64,000 nt of DNA. Source: Planctomycetota bacterium (GTDB taxonomy: Bacteria > Planctomycetota > B15-G4 > JADJEK01). The notes under the pieces were generated by a model. That model was not told the origin of the DNA. It saw nothing but the letters and a program-made list of their open reading frames with translations, and ran no database searches. Shown here in pieces: positions 36,180 through 45,048 of this stretch. Where the stretch lies: NCBI GenBank assembly GCA_016213895.1, contig JACQZJ010000009.1, forward strand, positions 10,246-74,245. The letters are read 5' to 3'. Each line of letters opens with the position of its first letter. Position 1 is the first letter of the stretch. Both the position numbers and the translations under genes were made by a program.

Positions 36180-37324
36180 CGGCGGCGGCGGCGCGTCGGG
36201 AACTTGGGCGGCGGCGGCTCCGGGCCGTCCCCGCCGCGCTGCGGCTCGTCGGGCGCGCGGTCGAGCGGGCCGCCTTCCGCTCCCTTGTCCACGTCGAAGC
36301 TGAGCGTCTTCTTGCCGCGCACCTGCTCGCCGATGTCCTTGACCAGCTCGGCCATGTCCCCATAGCGGAAGTCGCGGTCCTGCTCCATCATCTTGCGGAT
36401 GAAGTAGTTCATGTGCGGCGAAATGCGCCGCGACTGCAGCTCCGCCGAGGAAAGCGCCGCGAGGATGCGCGCCGCGAGCTGCTCCTGCGTCCCCTCCCCC
36501 GCGAACGGCAGCTCGCCCACCACGATCTGGTATAGGGTCGCGCCCAATGAGTAGATGTCGGCGCGCGCATCGAGGTCGGCCGTGCCCTTGGCCTGCTCGG
36601 GCGACATGTAGGCGGCCGTGCCGACCGTGGTGTCGTCCGCGCCTGCGCCCGCCTCGCTCTGCATGGTCGCGAAGCCGAGGTCGATCAGCTTCGCCGCGTT
36701 CTCGGCCGTGAGCAGGATGTTGTCCGGCTTGACGTCTCGGTGCAGGATGCCCTTGCCGTGCAGGTACTGCAGGGCCTCGGCCGTCTGCAGGATGATGTAC
36801 AGGGCGAGGTCCTCCTGGAACTGCTTGCCCTCGCGCAGGAGCTGCAGCAGGGTCTTGGCCGGGACCCACTCCATGATGAAGACCAGGCGCTCCTGACCGT
36901 CCCGCGCGCGCACGTGCCCGACCCGGTAGCCCTTGACGATGCTGCGCTGCTCGAGCTGCATGAGCAGCTTCGCCTCGTGAACGAAGCGCCTGCGCTGCAG
37001 CGCGTCCTGCTGCAGCTCGCGGTGCATGATCTTGAGGGCGACGGCCCGCCCCGAGGACTTCTCCCGTCCCTCGAACACGAGCGCGGTGCCGCCGAACCCG
37101 GCGTACGCGACGTACTCGTATCCCGGGATCGCCGGGACGTCCTCGCCGCCCGTGCGGCGCAGGAAGTCGACGCGCTCGCGCTCCAGGAGACCGAGGCGCA
37201 CGAGCAGCTCGGCGAGACTGCCGCCGCCGGTGGACGCCTGCAGGACCTTCTCGGCCGCCGGCTTCTGGACGTGCCCCTTCTGCACAAGGATCGCGAGGAA
37301 CTTGACCTCGTCCTGGCTCAGCAT
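36176..37324 (-). CDS. Serine/threonine protein kinase (Hanks type)
   Basis: VALKIMH (catalytic Lys), HRDVKPDNILL, DLGFA and GTAAYMSPEQ. Start at the MLSQDEVKFL ATG 37324. A ~90-aa helical N-domain precedes the kinase. Confidence 0.85.
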   Translation of the reverse strand: MLSQDEVKFLAILVQKGHVQKPAAEKVLQASTGGGSLAELLVRLGLLERERVDFLRRTGGEDVPAIPGYEYVAYAGFGGTALVFEGREKSSGRAVALKIMHRELQQDALQRRRFVHEAKLLMQLEQRSIVKGYRVGHVRARDGQERLVFIMEWVPAKTLLQLLREGKQFQEDLALYIILQTAEALQYLHGKGILHRDVKPDNILLTAENAAKLIDLGFATMQSEAGAGADDTTVGTAAYMSPEQAKGTADLDARADIYSLGATLYQIVVGELPFAGEGTQEQLAARILAALSSAELQSRRISPHMNYFIRKMMEQDRDFRYGDMAELVKDIGEQVRGKKTLSFDVDKGAEGGPLDRAPDEPQRGGDGPEPPPPKFPTRRRRR

Positions 37325-37508
37325 CGACCCTCTCACGGCGAAGCACGCGCTGGCGGAGGATACTCCCCTCTCCCGACCACGGTCAAGCTCCACGCTCGGG
37401 ACACGCGCCGCGCCTGCCGCGGAATCCGGCAAAGACGGCTCAAGGGCCTTCTCGGGTCGCGCCGATCCTCTGAGAACCGCCCCCGAGCCCGCGCGAGGTG
37501 AGAGGCCG

Positions 37509-38879
37509 ATGCCGAGCCGCAACGAGACGCAGGTCGTCCTGAAGTACTGCGAGGTGATCGACGAGTTCATCAAGATTCGCGTCTTCGCGGACGACGACCT
37601 CGGCGCGCTGCTGCGTCTGCAGGAAGTGACCAACCGCCGCGGCTACCAGCGCTCCGTGGTCGAGCGCTGCGTCCTCGACTACCAGGAAGCCGTCCTGCCG
37701 CTCTTTCGCAAGTTCAACCGCATCTACAAGCCCGAAGCCCTCGAGGACGTCCTCTACCAGATCTGCGTCGAGGTCAATCCGCACCTCGAGATCCACCAGG
37801 TGAGCCTGCCGCTCGACGGCGCCGCCGAGGCGCAGGCCGACGACGTCGCCATGCTGCGCCGCCAGCTCGCCGCCAAGGTGCTCGGCATCGAGCGCGACCT
37901 CATGGCGCGCGTCATCGGCCAGAGGAAGGCGATCCAGGCCGTGGCCAAGGCGGTCAAGAAGGCGGCCGTGGGACTCAAGGACCCGCGCAAGCCGATCGGC
38001 GTGTTCCTCATGGTCGGGTCCACGGGCAGCGGCAAGACCGAGCTGGCCAAGGTCGTGGCGGAGCGCGTCTTCGACCGCATCGGCAACCTGGTGCGCGTCG
38101 ACTGCTCAGAGTTCGCCCTGCCGCACGAGTACGCCAAGCTCATCGGCGCGCCGCCGGGCTACATCGGCCACAACGAGGGCGGCTTCCTCACCGAGGCCGT
38201 GCGCACCAAGCGCTCCTGCGTCGTGCTCTTCGACGAGGTGGAGAAGGCGCACCACAAGATCCACAACCTGCTGCTGCAGCTCATGGACGAGGGCACGCTC
38301 ACCGACGGCAAGGGCAACGTGGTGCGCTTCGACAGCACCCTGGTTCTGCTCACCTCGAACCTCGGCGTCAAGGAGATCGAGGCGGTGCGCAACCGCTGCG
38401 GCTTCGGCAGCGCCAAGCGCGAGGGACGTATCACCAAGGGCGAGCAGATCGAGGCGATCCAGGCCGCGATGAAGTCCACCTTCCGGCCGGAGTTCCTGAA
38501 CCGCCTCGACGACGTGCTGGTCTTCAACACGCTCACCGAGAAGGACTGCGAGCGCATCGCCCGCCTGCAGCTCAACGAGGTGCGCAGCTACCTCGGGAAC
38601 GTCGGCGTGGACCTGAAGTTCTCGCCGCGCGTGGAGGTGCACGTCGCCGCCGCCGGCTACAGCGAGGAATACGGGGCGCGCGAGCTCCGGCGCATCATCA
38701 AGGCCCAGGTCGAGAACCCGCTGGCCGAGCTGCTCCTCTCCGGGCGCTACGGCCAGGGCGACGCCCTCCAGATCAGCGTGCGCCGCGGCCGGCTGCACTT
38801 CGTCGGCGCGCGCACGCGCCGCCCGCGCCGCCCGCGCTCCGCGGAGACGCCGGTCACGAGCGAGAACGAGAGCGGCTGA
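37509..38879 (+). CDS. Single-ring ClpA/ClpB D2-type AAA+ ATPase with unrecognised N-terminal domain
   Basis: GAGGTGAGAGG lies upstream of ATG 37509. VIGQRKAIQAVAKAVKKAAVGLKDPRKPIGVFLMVGSTGSGKTELAK, VLFDEVEKAH and the sensor-2 region GARELRRII. The first ~140 aa have no match I recognise. Confidence 0.8.
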   Translation: MPSRNETQVVLKYCEVIDEFIKIRVFADDDLGALLRLQEVTNRRGYQRSVVERCVLDYQEAVLPLFRKFNRIYKPEALEDVLYQICVEVNPHLEIHQVSLPLDGAAEAQADDVAMLRRQLAAKVLGIERDLMARVIGQRKAIQAVAKAVKKAAVGLKDPRKPIGVFLMVGSTGSGKTELAKVVAERVFDRIGNLVRVDCSEFALPHEYAKLIGAPPGYIGHNEGGFLTEAVRTKRSCVVLFDEVEKAHHKIHNLLLQLMDEGTLTDGKGNVVRFDSTLVLLTSNLGVKEIEAVRNRCGFGSAKREGRITKGEQIEAIQAAMKSTFRPEFLNRLDDVLVFNTLTEKDCERIARLQLNEVRSYLGNVGVDLKFSPRVEVHVAAAGYSEEYGARELRRIIKAQVENPLAELLLSGRYGQGDALQISVRRGRLHFVGARTRRPRRPRSAETPVTSENESG

Positions 38880-39036
38880 GCCGCTCCGCGGGATTCTCGC
38901 GCCTCCCATCCCCCCGCCGGCGGTTTCATGCCTAGAACGCCGCCCCGGGTGCGCCCTTGTCTCTCAGGATTCCATGGAAAGCCCCTTACGATTGGCCGGT
39001 GGTGCACGCTGTTTCGCACGTGGAGGGTCCAGGCAG

Positions 39037-40407
39037 ATGACGCCGATCCGTTTCTTCGCACCCTTCGCGGCGCTCCTCATCTTGACCGCCCAGGCGGCGG
39101 GCGCCGGGGACGCCATCCCGTGGCAGCCGAGCGCGGAGGGAGCACTTGCCCTCGCCGCCAGCGAGCGGCGCCCGGTGTTCATCGCCGTCAACATGGACGG
39201 CGAGCGCGCCAACGACCAAATGGTGGCCGTGCACTACCAGGACCCGGTCATCGCCAAGCTGGCGCAGAAGACCGTCAACCTCTTCGCCTCGCGCTTCGAT
39301 CACGGCTCGGGCGAGGGGCCCTGCCCGCGCTGCGGCGTGATCCCCTGCGCGCGCCACATGGAGGTGGAGCGCGCCGTGCGCGGCAAGTGGGTGGCCGAAG
39401 CGGCCGACGGCACGGTCGTGGCGCCGCAGCACGTCTTCCTCGACGCGGCGGGCAAAGTGATCCTCTCCGTGCCCTACCAGGTGACGGTCGGCGAGCTGGA
39501 GTGGTGCTTCGTCACCGCCATCCGCAAGCTCGATCCCGAGTTCCCCTGGACCCTCTCGCAGAAGGCGCGGGCGCCGCGCCGCCTGGTCATGGAGGGCGTG
39601 GCCGAAGAGGAGGCCGCGGCGCAGCCGCTCCCGCCCGACAAGAAGGAGCTGGCGGAGATCTTCGAGCGCCTGCGCACCACGGGCCGCGGCGAGGTCGACC
39701 GCGGCACGATCGAGGACGTGTCGCGCCTGCTGCTCTCCGAGGACAAGAAGGCCATCGAGTACGTGCAGAGCTGGATGAACTCGCGCTTCCTCGGCGGCAA
39801 CCGGCCCGGCCGGCTCACCGAGGTCATCCACGCCATCGGCCGCACCTCTCCTCCCGTGTGGTGGGAGGTGGTGGAGCCCTTCCTCGGAGACCACCGCATC
39901 GAGGTGCGCCGCGAGGCCGCGGTCGCGCTCGAGCAGCTGGCCGAGCCCAAGTCGCTCGGCGCGCTCACCAAGCAGTGGAAGAAGGAGAAGGAGGTCGACG
40001 CGCAGAAGGAGCTGATCCGCGCGATCGCGGCCGTCGGTTGCGCCGAGCAGAAGGCCATCAAGCTCGCGACCGACCAGGCGCGCAAGGCGGATGAGCAAGT
40101 CCTGCGCGTCAACGCCCTGATCGGCTGCGCCGCCCTCGAGGACCGGGAGACCGTCTTGCCCCTGCTGCGGGACTCGCTCGCGGACGAGGGAGGCGGCGTG
40201 CGCGCCGCCGCGGCCTACGTCATCGCCGTGCGCCGCGAGGAGGAGCTGAAGAAGCTCCTCGAGGACACCGCGCTCATGGAAGCGGACGCCGCCGTCAAGG
40301 AGGCGCTGGAGCGGGCCCTCGAGGTCCTGGGCGGCGGGCGCGAGGAGCGGCTGCGCCCCATCCTCGCCAAGTTCGCGCACAGCGACATTCCGCGCGACCG
40401 CCTGTAG
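39037..40407 (+). CDS. Secreted thioredoxin-fold-like + HEAT-repeat protein
   Basis: GGAGGG lies upstream of ATG 39037. Signal peptide MTPIRFFAPFAALLILTAQAAGAG. The N-domain has CPRCGVIPC. The C-terminal half has HEAT-like repeats (EVRREAAVALEQL.., VRAAAAYVIAV..). Confidence 0.5.
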   Translation: MTPIRFFAPFAALLILTAQAAGAGDAIPWQPSAEGALALAASERRPVFIAVNMDGERANDQMVAVHYQDPVIAKLAQKTVNLFASRFDHGSGEGPCPRCGVIPCARHMEVERAVRGKWVAEAADGTVVAPQHVFLDAAGKVILSVPYQVTVGELEWCFVTAIRKLDPEFPWTLSQKARAPRRLVMEGVAEEEAAAQPLPPDKKELAEIFERLRTTGRGEVDRGTIEDVSRLLLSEDKKAIEYVQSWMNSRFLGGNRPGRLTEVIHAIGRTSPPVWWEVVEPFLGDHRIEVRREAAVALEQLAEPKSLGALTKQWKKEKEVDAQKELIRAIAAVGCAEQKAIKLATDQARKADEQVLRVNALIGCAALEDRETVLPLLRDSLADEGGGVRAAAAYVIAVRREEELKKLLEDTALMEADAAVKEALERALEVLGGGREERLRPILAKFAHSDIPRDRL

Positions 40408-40418
40408 CCGCCGCCTGC

Positions 40419-40535
40419 CCCGGCGCGGGCATCGCCGCTGCCAGAAGCGAGCCCCATCGCGTTCCTCGCGCACGGCCTGCACCGGAAGTCGCGCTGCCGC
40501 TCCCGGAGGCCAGGGAAACGGCCGCGACGTTCCTC
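40419..40535. repeat. Direct repeat copy 1 (~117 bp)
   Basis: Aligns base for base with 40742-40858 (offset 323), with about 4 mismatches by eye. It starts 12 nt after the stop of the upstream plus-strand gene. Confidence 0.85.
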
Positions 40536-40741
40536 ACCGCGCGCTTCGCGCGGTGCACAGATTCTGGGGCGGTCGCGGGCTCCTGCACGCGGCCGCCGTC
40601 CTCACGTAACTCGCCTCGAGCAACCCCGCCTTGACCGGGAGGATCGAGGCAAGCCGTGAGCGGAGCGGAGCGACCGAGTTCCCTGGCGCAGGGGGCGGCC
40701 GCGACGGCGTACCACCTCGCACCCGCCGTGCCTCATCCAGA

Positions 40742-40858
40742 CCCGGCGCCCGCATCGCCTCTGCCAGAAGCGAGCCCCATCGCGTTCCTCGCGCACGGCC
40801 TGCACCGGAAGTCGCGCTGCCGCTCCCGGAGGCCAGGGAAACGGCCGCGACGCTCCTC
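40742..40858. repeat. Direct repeat copy 2 (~117 bp)
   Basis: Near-identical to 40419-40535. It ends 15 nt before the stop (40874) of the convergent minus-strand gene. A degenerate partial copy of the repeat's 3' end lies at ~40697-40733. Confidence 0.85.
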
Positions 40859-40873
40859 CCTCCGCTCTTCTCC

Positions 40874-42100
40874 CTATTCCCGTTCCCTCAACCTCTCGAT
40901 CTGCCTTCTGACCCTCTCCCGCACCTCCTCTGCCCTGCTTCCCGCTTGCGCCTCGAGCCTGCCCAGCGCTCGCCGCGCGCAGTCCAGAGCGGTGTCCCGC
41001 TCGCGCAGATGGCGCTCCGCGATCCGCGCCGCCCTGAGCAGCGGCTCGGCATCGAGCGGCAGCGCGGCCGCCAACCTCTCCAGCAGCAGCACGGCCGCTC
41101 GCCCCTCGCCCCTTCGCTGGCGGTCGGCCGCGAGTTCGAGCGCCGCCCGCCGCAGATCCGGGTCCACGCCCGCGGCATCCGCCTCGAGCCCCGCGACCGC
41201 GCGCTCGAGGACCGCCACGGCGCGCTCCTCGTCCCCCGCGTCGAGCAGCAAGAGCCCGGACGCGGCGGCCTCCCTGCCCGGCGCGGGCGCGGCGAGCGCG
41301 GCGCTGACCCGCACCGAGAGCGCGAGCAGGGACAGGACGTCGATGAGGTTGTGCTGGAAGACGCGCTCCATGCGGCCGTTGTCCACGCCGTCCAGCCAGT
41401 CGAAGTACGCGTCCGGGCACTCGGCGCCGTCCAGGTCGGCGACGCGCTCGACCCCGAGGAGCGCGCGCTCGAAGGTCCTGAGGCGCGTGTCCGGCATGAC
41501 CGCGCGGAACAGCCTGCGCCCGACGTGATAGAGGTCGAGGTGCGGCAGGAGCGTTAGCGGCCGGCGGCCCGTATGCAGGGCGAACCGATCGTCGAGCCGG
41601 TGGCGGTCGAAGGCCTTGCCGAAGAACGTGACCAGGTGGCCGCGCCGAACGAGCGTTTGCTCCACTCTCTCGAGGAAGGCCGGCTCCACGTGCGGCCCCC
41701 TGAGCAGGAGCTGCTCCACGGCCGCCGTCCCCTCCTCCACCACGAGCGTCCCCACGAGGAACACGTACACGCCGGCGCCGCCGCCGAGCGAGGTGGTCTC
41801 CGTGTCGAGGAACAGGGCGTCGCGCGGAGGGAGCGGGCCGCCGTGCCGCGCCGCCCAGCCGAGCAGCTCCGCGTCCACGTCGAGGATCTCGCCGAGGCGG
41901 AAGCGGCCGTGCCTCTCCTCCAGGGAGAAGCGCGAGACCCGCGCCACGACACCCTCCTCCTCGGACTCGCGCACCTCGAGCGCGGCGGGCAGCAGCCCGC
42001 GCGCCGCGGCTCCTTCAGGCGGCGCGCCTGCCTCCTTGCCCGCGCGCGGCGTTCGCGCCGCGCGCGCCTCCAACCGGCGCAGGCGGTCGCGCAGGCTCAC
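40874..42100 (-). CDS. RNase H-like (YprB/MrfB-type) exonuclease with helical-repeat C-terminus
   Basis: ALFLDTETTSLGGGAGVYVFLVG..FFGKAFDRHRL..HNLIDVLSL is a DnaQ/RNase H-like fold with DxE. The C-terminal ~130 aa are helical repeats. GTG 42100 overlaps the helicase stop (GTGA); the track start at 42172 is an alternative. Confidence 0.65.
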   Translation of the reverse strand: MSLRDRLRRLEARAARTPRAGKEAGAPPEGAAARGLLPAALEVRESEEEGVVARVSRFSLEERHGRFRLGEILDVDAELLGWAARHGGPLPPRDALFLDTETTSLGGGAGVYVFLVGTLVVEEGTAAVEQLLLRGPHVEPAFLERVEQTLVRRGHLVTFFGKAFDRHRLDDRFALHTGRRPLTLLPHLDLYHVGRRLFRAVMPDTRLRTFERALLGVERVADLDGAECPDAYFDWLDGVDNGRMERVFQHNLIDVLSLLALSVRVSAALAAPAPGREAAASGLLLLDAGDEERAVAVLERAVAGLEADAAGVDPDLRRAALELAADRQRRGEGRAAVLLLERLAAALPLDAEPLLRAARIAERHLRERDTALDCARRALGRLEAQAGSRAEEVRERVRRQIERLRERE

Positions 42101-44283
42101 GGCGCCAGTACTCGCAGGATCGCGCGCGCCACGCGCTTGGCGTCCGCGCCCTCGGCGAGCGGCCCCACGCACGAGGGGCAGCCGTCCGGACAGGGACAGC
42201 CCTCCACCACTTCGCGGCAGGCGCGCAGGATCTCGTCCAGGCCCTCGAACACGCGCTCCACCAGGCCCACGCCGCCCGGGTGGTCATCGAACAGGTAGAG
42301 CGCCGGCCGCCGGAAGCGCGGCGAGGCCAGACCGGGAAGAGCCGCTCCGCTGCCGCCGGCGTACAGGCCGCTCTTCTCGGCCAGATCCTCGTCCAGGCAG
42401 AGGATCAGGGCGTCGGTCTCGAGTTCCTCCGCCGGCAGGTGTACCGGCCCGGTGCCCACGTCCTCGCCGGTGTAGAAGCGCAGCTTCTGGAACATGGTCA
42501 CGGTCTTGCGCACGCTGACGTCGCCCATCAGCGCCGTGGCGGCCGCGAGGCGCTGCTCGCGGTCCTCGCTGAGCACGCTCACGTCGACTTCCACGTTCGC
42601 CTCGGTGAAGTAGTCGACGTCAACCTTCTTCAAGTCCGCGCGCCGTCCTTCCCAGTCGAGCGCCAGCACCTGGTACTGCTCGCCCTGGTGCTGGTAGATC
42701 GCTCCCTCGTGCACCATGAGCTGCGCGCTCGGCCGGTCGATCTCGGCCAGCGTGCGGCCCGACTCCACGTCGTGGATGACCACGTTGTCGAGGTCGCTCG
42801 CGTCCAGGCTGACCTCCTCCGCCGGGAAGCCGCGCGCCGCCCAGTAGTACTGGTCCCCGGCCTTCCGCAGGATCCCGGCCTCGCTGGCGAAGAAGTCCAG
42901 CACCTCCGCCGTGTCGCCGCCGCCGAACTCCTCCCCGGCGCGAAACGGCAGCTCGAAGGCCGCACACTTCATCTGGTTGGCGCGGATGACCAGGTTGTCC
43001 GGGTCGATCGCCGCCGCCTCGGGCGCGCCCGCGAGCAGGTACTCCGGGTGAGTGACGACGTACTGGTCGAGCGGGTCGGAGCGGCCGATGAGGATCACCG
43101 CCGAGGTGGCGCTGCGGCGTCCGGCGCGCCCCGCCTGCTGGAAGAACGAGGCGCGCGAGCGCGGATAGCCCGCGAGCACGCACAGGTCGAGCTGGCCGAT
43201 GTCGATGCCGAGTTCGAGGGCGTTCGTGGACACCACCACCTCGATCGCGGCCTCGCGCAGCTCGCGCTCGATGGTGCGGCGCAGCTCGGGCAAGTAGCCG
43301 CCGCGGTAGCCGCGCACCAGCAGGGGATCGCGCCCGCCGCGTGCGTAGTGGTCCTTCAGGTACTTGACCAAAAGCTCCACGCCGTTCCTCGAGCCGCCGA
43401 AGACGATGGTCTTGACGCCAAAAGGCGCGAAGTGCGCCACCACGCGGCGCGTCTGCTCGAGCACGTTGCGCCGCAGCCCCAGCTCGCGGTTGACCAGCGG
43501 CGGATTGACGTAGAGGAAGTGCCGCTCCCCGTGCGGCGAGGCGTCCTCGGCGACCACGACGACCGGCCGGCCGCCGAGCGCCTGCGCCAGCTCGCCCGGG
43601 TTCCGGAGCGTCGCCGAGCAGAAGACGAAGACCGGCCGCGAGCCGTAGTGCGCGCAGATGCGCAGCAGGCGGCGCATGAGGTTCGCGACGTGGCTGCCGA
43701 AGACCCCGGTGTAGCCGTGCATCTCGTCGATGACCACGAAGCGCAGGCCGCGGAAGAAGCGCACCCACTTCGGGTGGTTCGGCAGGATGCCGGTGTGCAG
43801 CATGTAGGGGTTGGTGGCGACGATGTCCCCCGCCTCGCGCAGCGCGCGCCGCGCCTGGGGCGGCGTGTCACCGTCGTAGGTGCCGGCGCGGATCCCGCCG
43901 CCGAGCGCGGCGATGAGACGGTCCGCGGCCGCGATCTGATCCTGCGTCAGCGCCTTGGTGGGGAAGAGGTAGAGCGCCGTGGCCGCGCCGTCCCGCAGGC
44001 GCGCGTCCAGCACCGGCAGGTTGTAGCACAGCGTCTTCCCCGAGGCCGTCCCGGTCACCACCGCCACGTCTTGCGAGGCGAGCGCCGCGTCGATCGCGCG
44101 GCGCTGGTGCTGGTACAGCTCCTCGATCCCGCACTGCCGGCAGGCCTGCGCCAGGCGCTCGTCCACCCGCTCCGGCAGCCGGGCGCCGGCCGCCTCGCGT
44201 CTGGCCTGCACGCGATGCGCGACGACGCTCTGGCCGAGGTCCGGATCGCTGAGGAACAGGGCGAGCCGCTCGGCGACGGTCAT
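42097..44283 (-). CDS. DEAD/DEAH-box helicase with C-terminal four-Cys MZB/DUF1998 domain (YprA/MrfA-like)
   Basis: VVTGTASGKTLCY (Walker A), VIDEMHGY (motif II), SATL, and the C-terminal CPCPDGCPSCV. Start at the MTVAERL ATG 44283. Confidence 0.85.
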   Translation of the reverse strand: MTVAERLALFLSDPDLGQSVVAHRVQARREAAGARLPERVDERLAQACRQCGIEELYQHQRRAIDAALASQDVAVVTGTASGKTLCYNLPVLDARLRDGAATALYLFPTKALTQDQIAAADRLIAALGGGIRAGTYDGDTPPQARRALREAGDIVATNPYMLHTGILPNHPKWVRFFRGLRFVVIDEMHGYTGVFGSHVANLMRRLLRICAHYGSRPVFVFCSATLRNPGELAQALGGRPVVVVAEDASPHGERHFLYVNPPLVNRELGLRRNVLEQTRRVVAHFAPFGVKTIVFGGSRNGVELLVKYLKDHYARGGRDPLLVRGYRGGYLPELRRTIERELREAAIEVVVSTNALELGIDIGQLDLCVLAGYPRSRASFFQQAGRAGRRSATSAVILIGRSDPLDQYVVTHPEYLLAGAPEAAAIDPDNLVIRANQMKCAAFELPFRAGEEFGGGDTAEVLDFFASEAGILRKAGDQYYWAARGFPAEEVSLDASDLDNVVIHDVESGRTLAEIDRPSAQLMVHEGAIYQHQGEQYQVLALDWEGRRADLKKVDVDYFTEANVEVDVSVLSEDREQRLAAATALMGDVSVRKTVTMFQKLRFYTGEDVGTGPVHLPAEELETDALILCLDEDLAEKSGLYAGGSGAALPGLASPRFRRPALYLFDDHPGGVGLVERVFEGLDEILRACREVVEGCPCPDGCPSCVGPLAEGADAKRVARAILRVLAP

Positions 44284-44291
44284 CGCCCGCC

Positions 44292-44900
44292 TCACGGCGC
44301 GCCGGGCGCCGCTCCTCCGAGGTCCAGCCGCTCGAGGTCGACGAGCAGCTCGTCGGTCGTGTTCCTGAGGGCCTCGCAGGCGAGCGCCAGCGTGTCGGGC
44401 GGATCGAAGAACATCTGCGTCTCCTCGGCGTGGTAGCAGTAGCGCCGCTCGAGCAGCACCGCGCCGTCCGCGCGCCGCGTGACGCGCGCCACGAAGGCGA
44501 CGCTCCCCAGGCCGCAGGGCTTGAGCGGGGAGCCCTCGGTCCAGCCGGAAAACGCCTCGAGGCGCACCAGCATCTCCAGGTCCGTGTTGGAGCGGCTCTG
44601 CGCGCGCACGTCCGCGAAGGACCCGGCGCGGCGGATCTCGCGCTCCAGGTAGGCGAGCACCAGGTCCACGGTGGCGATCGACATGTCTCGCTCCGCGGCG
44701 CTCGGCGACAAGGCGCTCAAGCCACGCTCGTCCTGCAGCGGCAGGATGTTGAGCGTGGCGTCGTTGTTCACGGCGGCCTGGAACGTCGCCGGCGCCAGCA
44801 GCTTGGCATCCTGCAGGGGATTGCGCTGCGGCGGCGTGGTGGTGCAGGAAAGGAGCGGGCACAGCAGGGAGAAGGAAGCCAGGGCTCGAAGGAGAAACAT
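44292..44900 (-). CDS. Hypothetical lipoprotein (possibly YmbA/PqiC-like auxiliary lipoprotein)
   Basis: MFLLRALASFSLLCPLLSC|TT is a lipobox. 202 aa. It ends 8 nt before the helicase start. Confidence 0.55.
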   Translation of the reverse strand: MFLLRALASFSLLCPLLSCTTTPPQRNPLQDAKLLAPATFQAAVNNDATLNILPLQDERGLSALSPSAAERDMSIATVDLVLAYLEREIRRAGSFADVRAQSRSNTDLEMLVRLEAFSGWTEGSPLKPCGLGSVAFVARVTRRADGAVLLERRYCYHAEETQMFFDPPDTLALACEALRNTTDELLVDLERLDLGGAAPGAP

Positions 44901-45005
44901 GCGCGGCCGCGCCTCCGGTCTGACGGTCTGAGGACGGACTCCGGCCGGCCGCCCCTTGCGCCAGGCCGCGGGCGGCGCGCCGGATGCTGCAAGATCCAGT
45001 TCTTG

Positions 45006-45044
45006 CGGCGCGGATACAAGCTCCTGCGCGCGATATCCGCGCCG
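45006..45044. other. Perfect 11-bp inverted repeat with 17-nt spacer (terminator or operator candidate)
   Basis: CGGCGCGGATA-N17-TATCCGCGCCG, 4 nt beyond the stop of the DUF4340-like gene and upstream of the lipoprotein-helicase operon. There is no U-tract on either strand. Confidence 0.3.
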
Positions 45045-45048
45045 GCGC

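Noticed and set aside
21608-38879. Type VI secretion system, suggested by FHA proteins plus a Hanks kinase plus a Clp-like AAA+.
   Set aside because: There are no sheath (TssBC), Hcp, VgrG, baseplate or TssM/L-like genes in the window. The structural genes present are prepilin-type and PilM/N/O-like.
40419-40858. Possible CRISPR array.
   Set aside because: There are only two full copies. The repeat unit of ~117 bp and spacer of ~206 bp are far outside CRISPR dimensions. There are no cas genes in the window.
42097-44283. DUF1998-containing helicase as part of a DISARM-like or other phage-defence system.
   Set aside because: The helicase and MZB/DUF1998 domains are in one polypeptide, coupled to an RNase H-like exonuclease. 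This is the YprA/YprB (MrfAB) repair arrangement. There is no methyltransferase, PLD nuclease or separate DUF1998 gene nearby.
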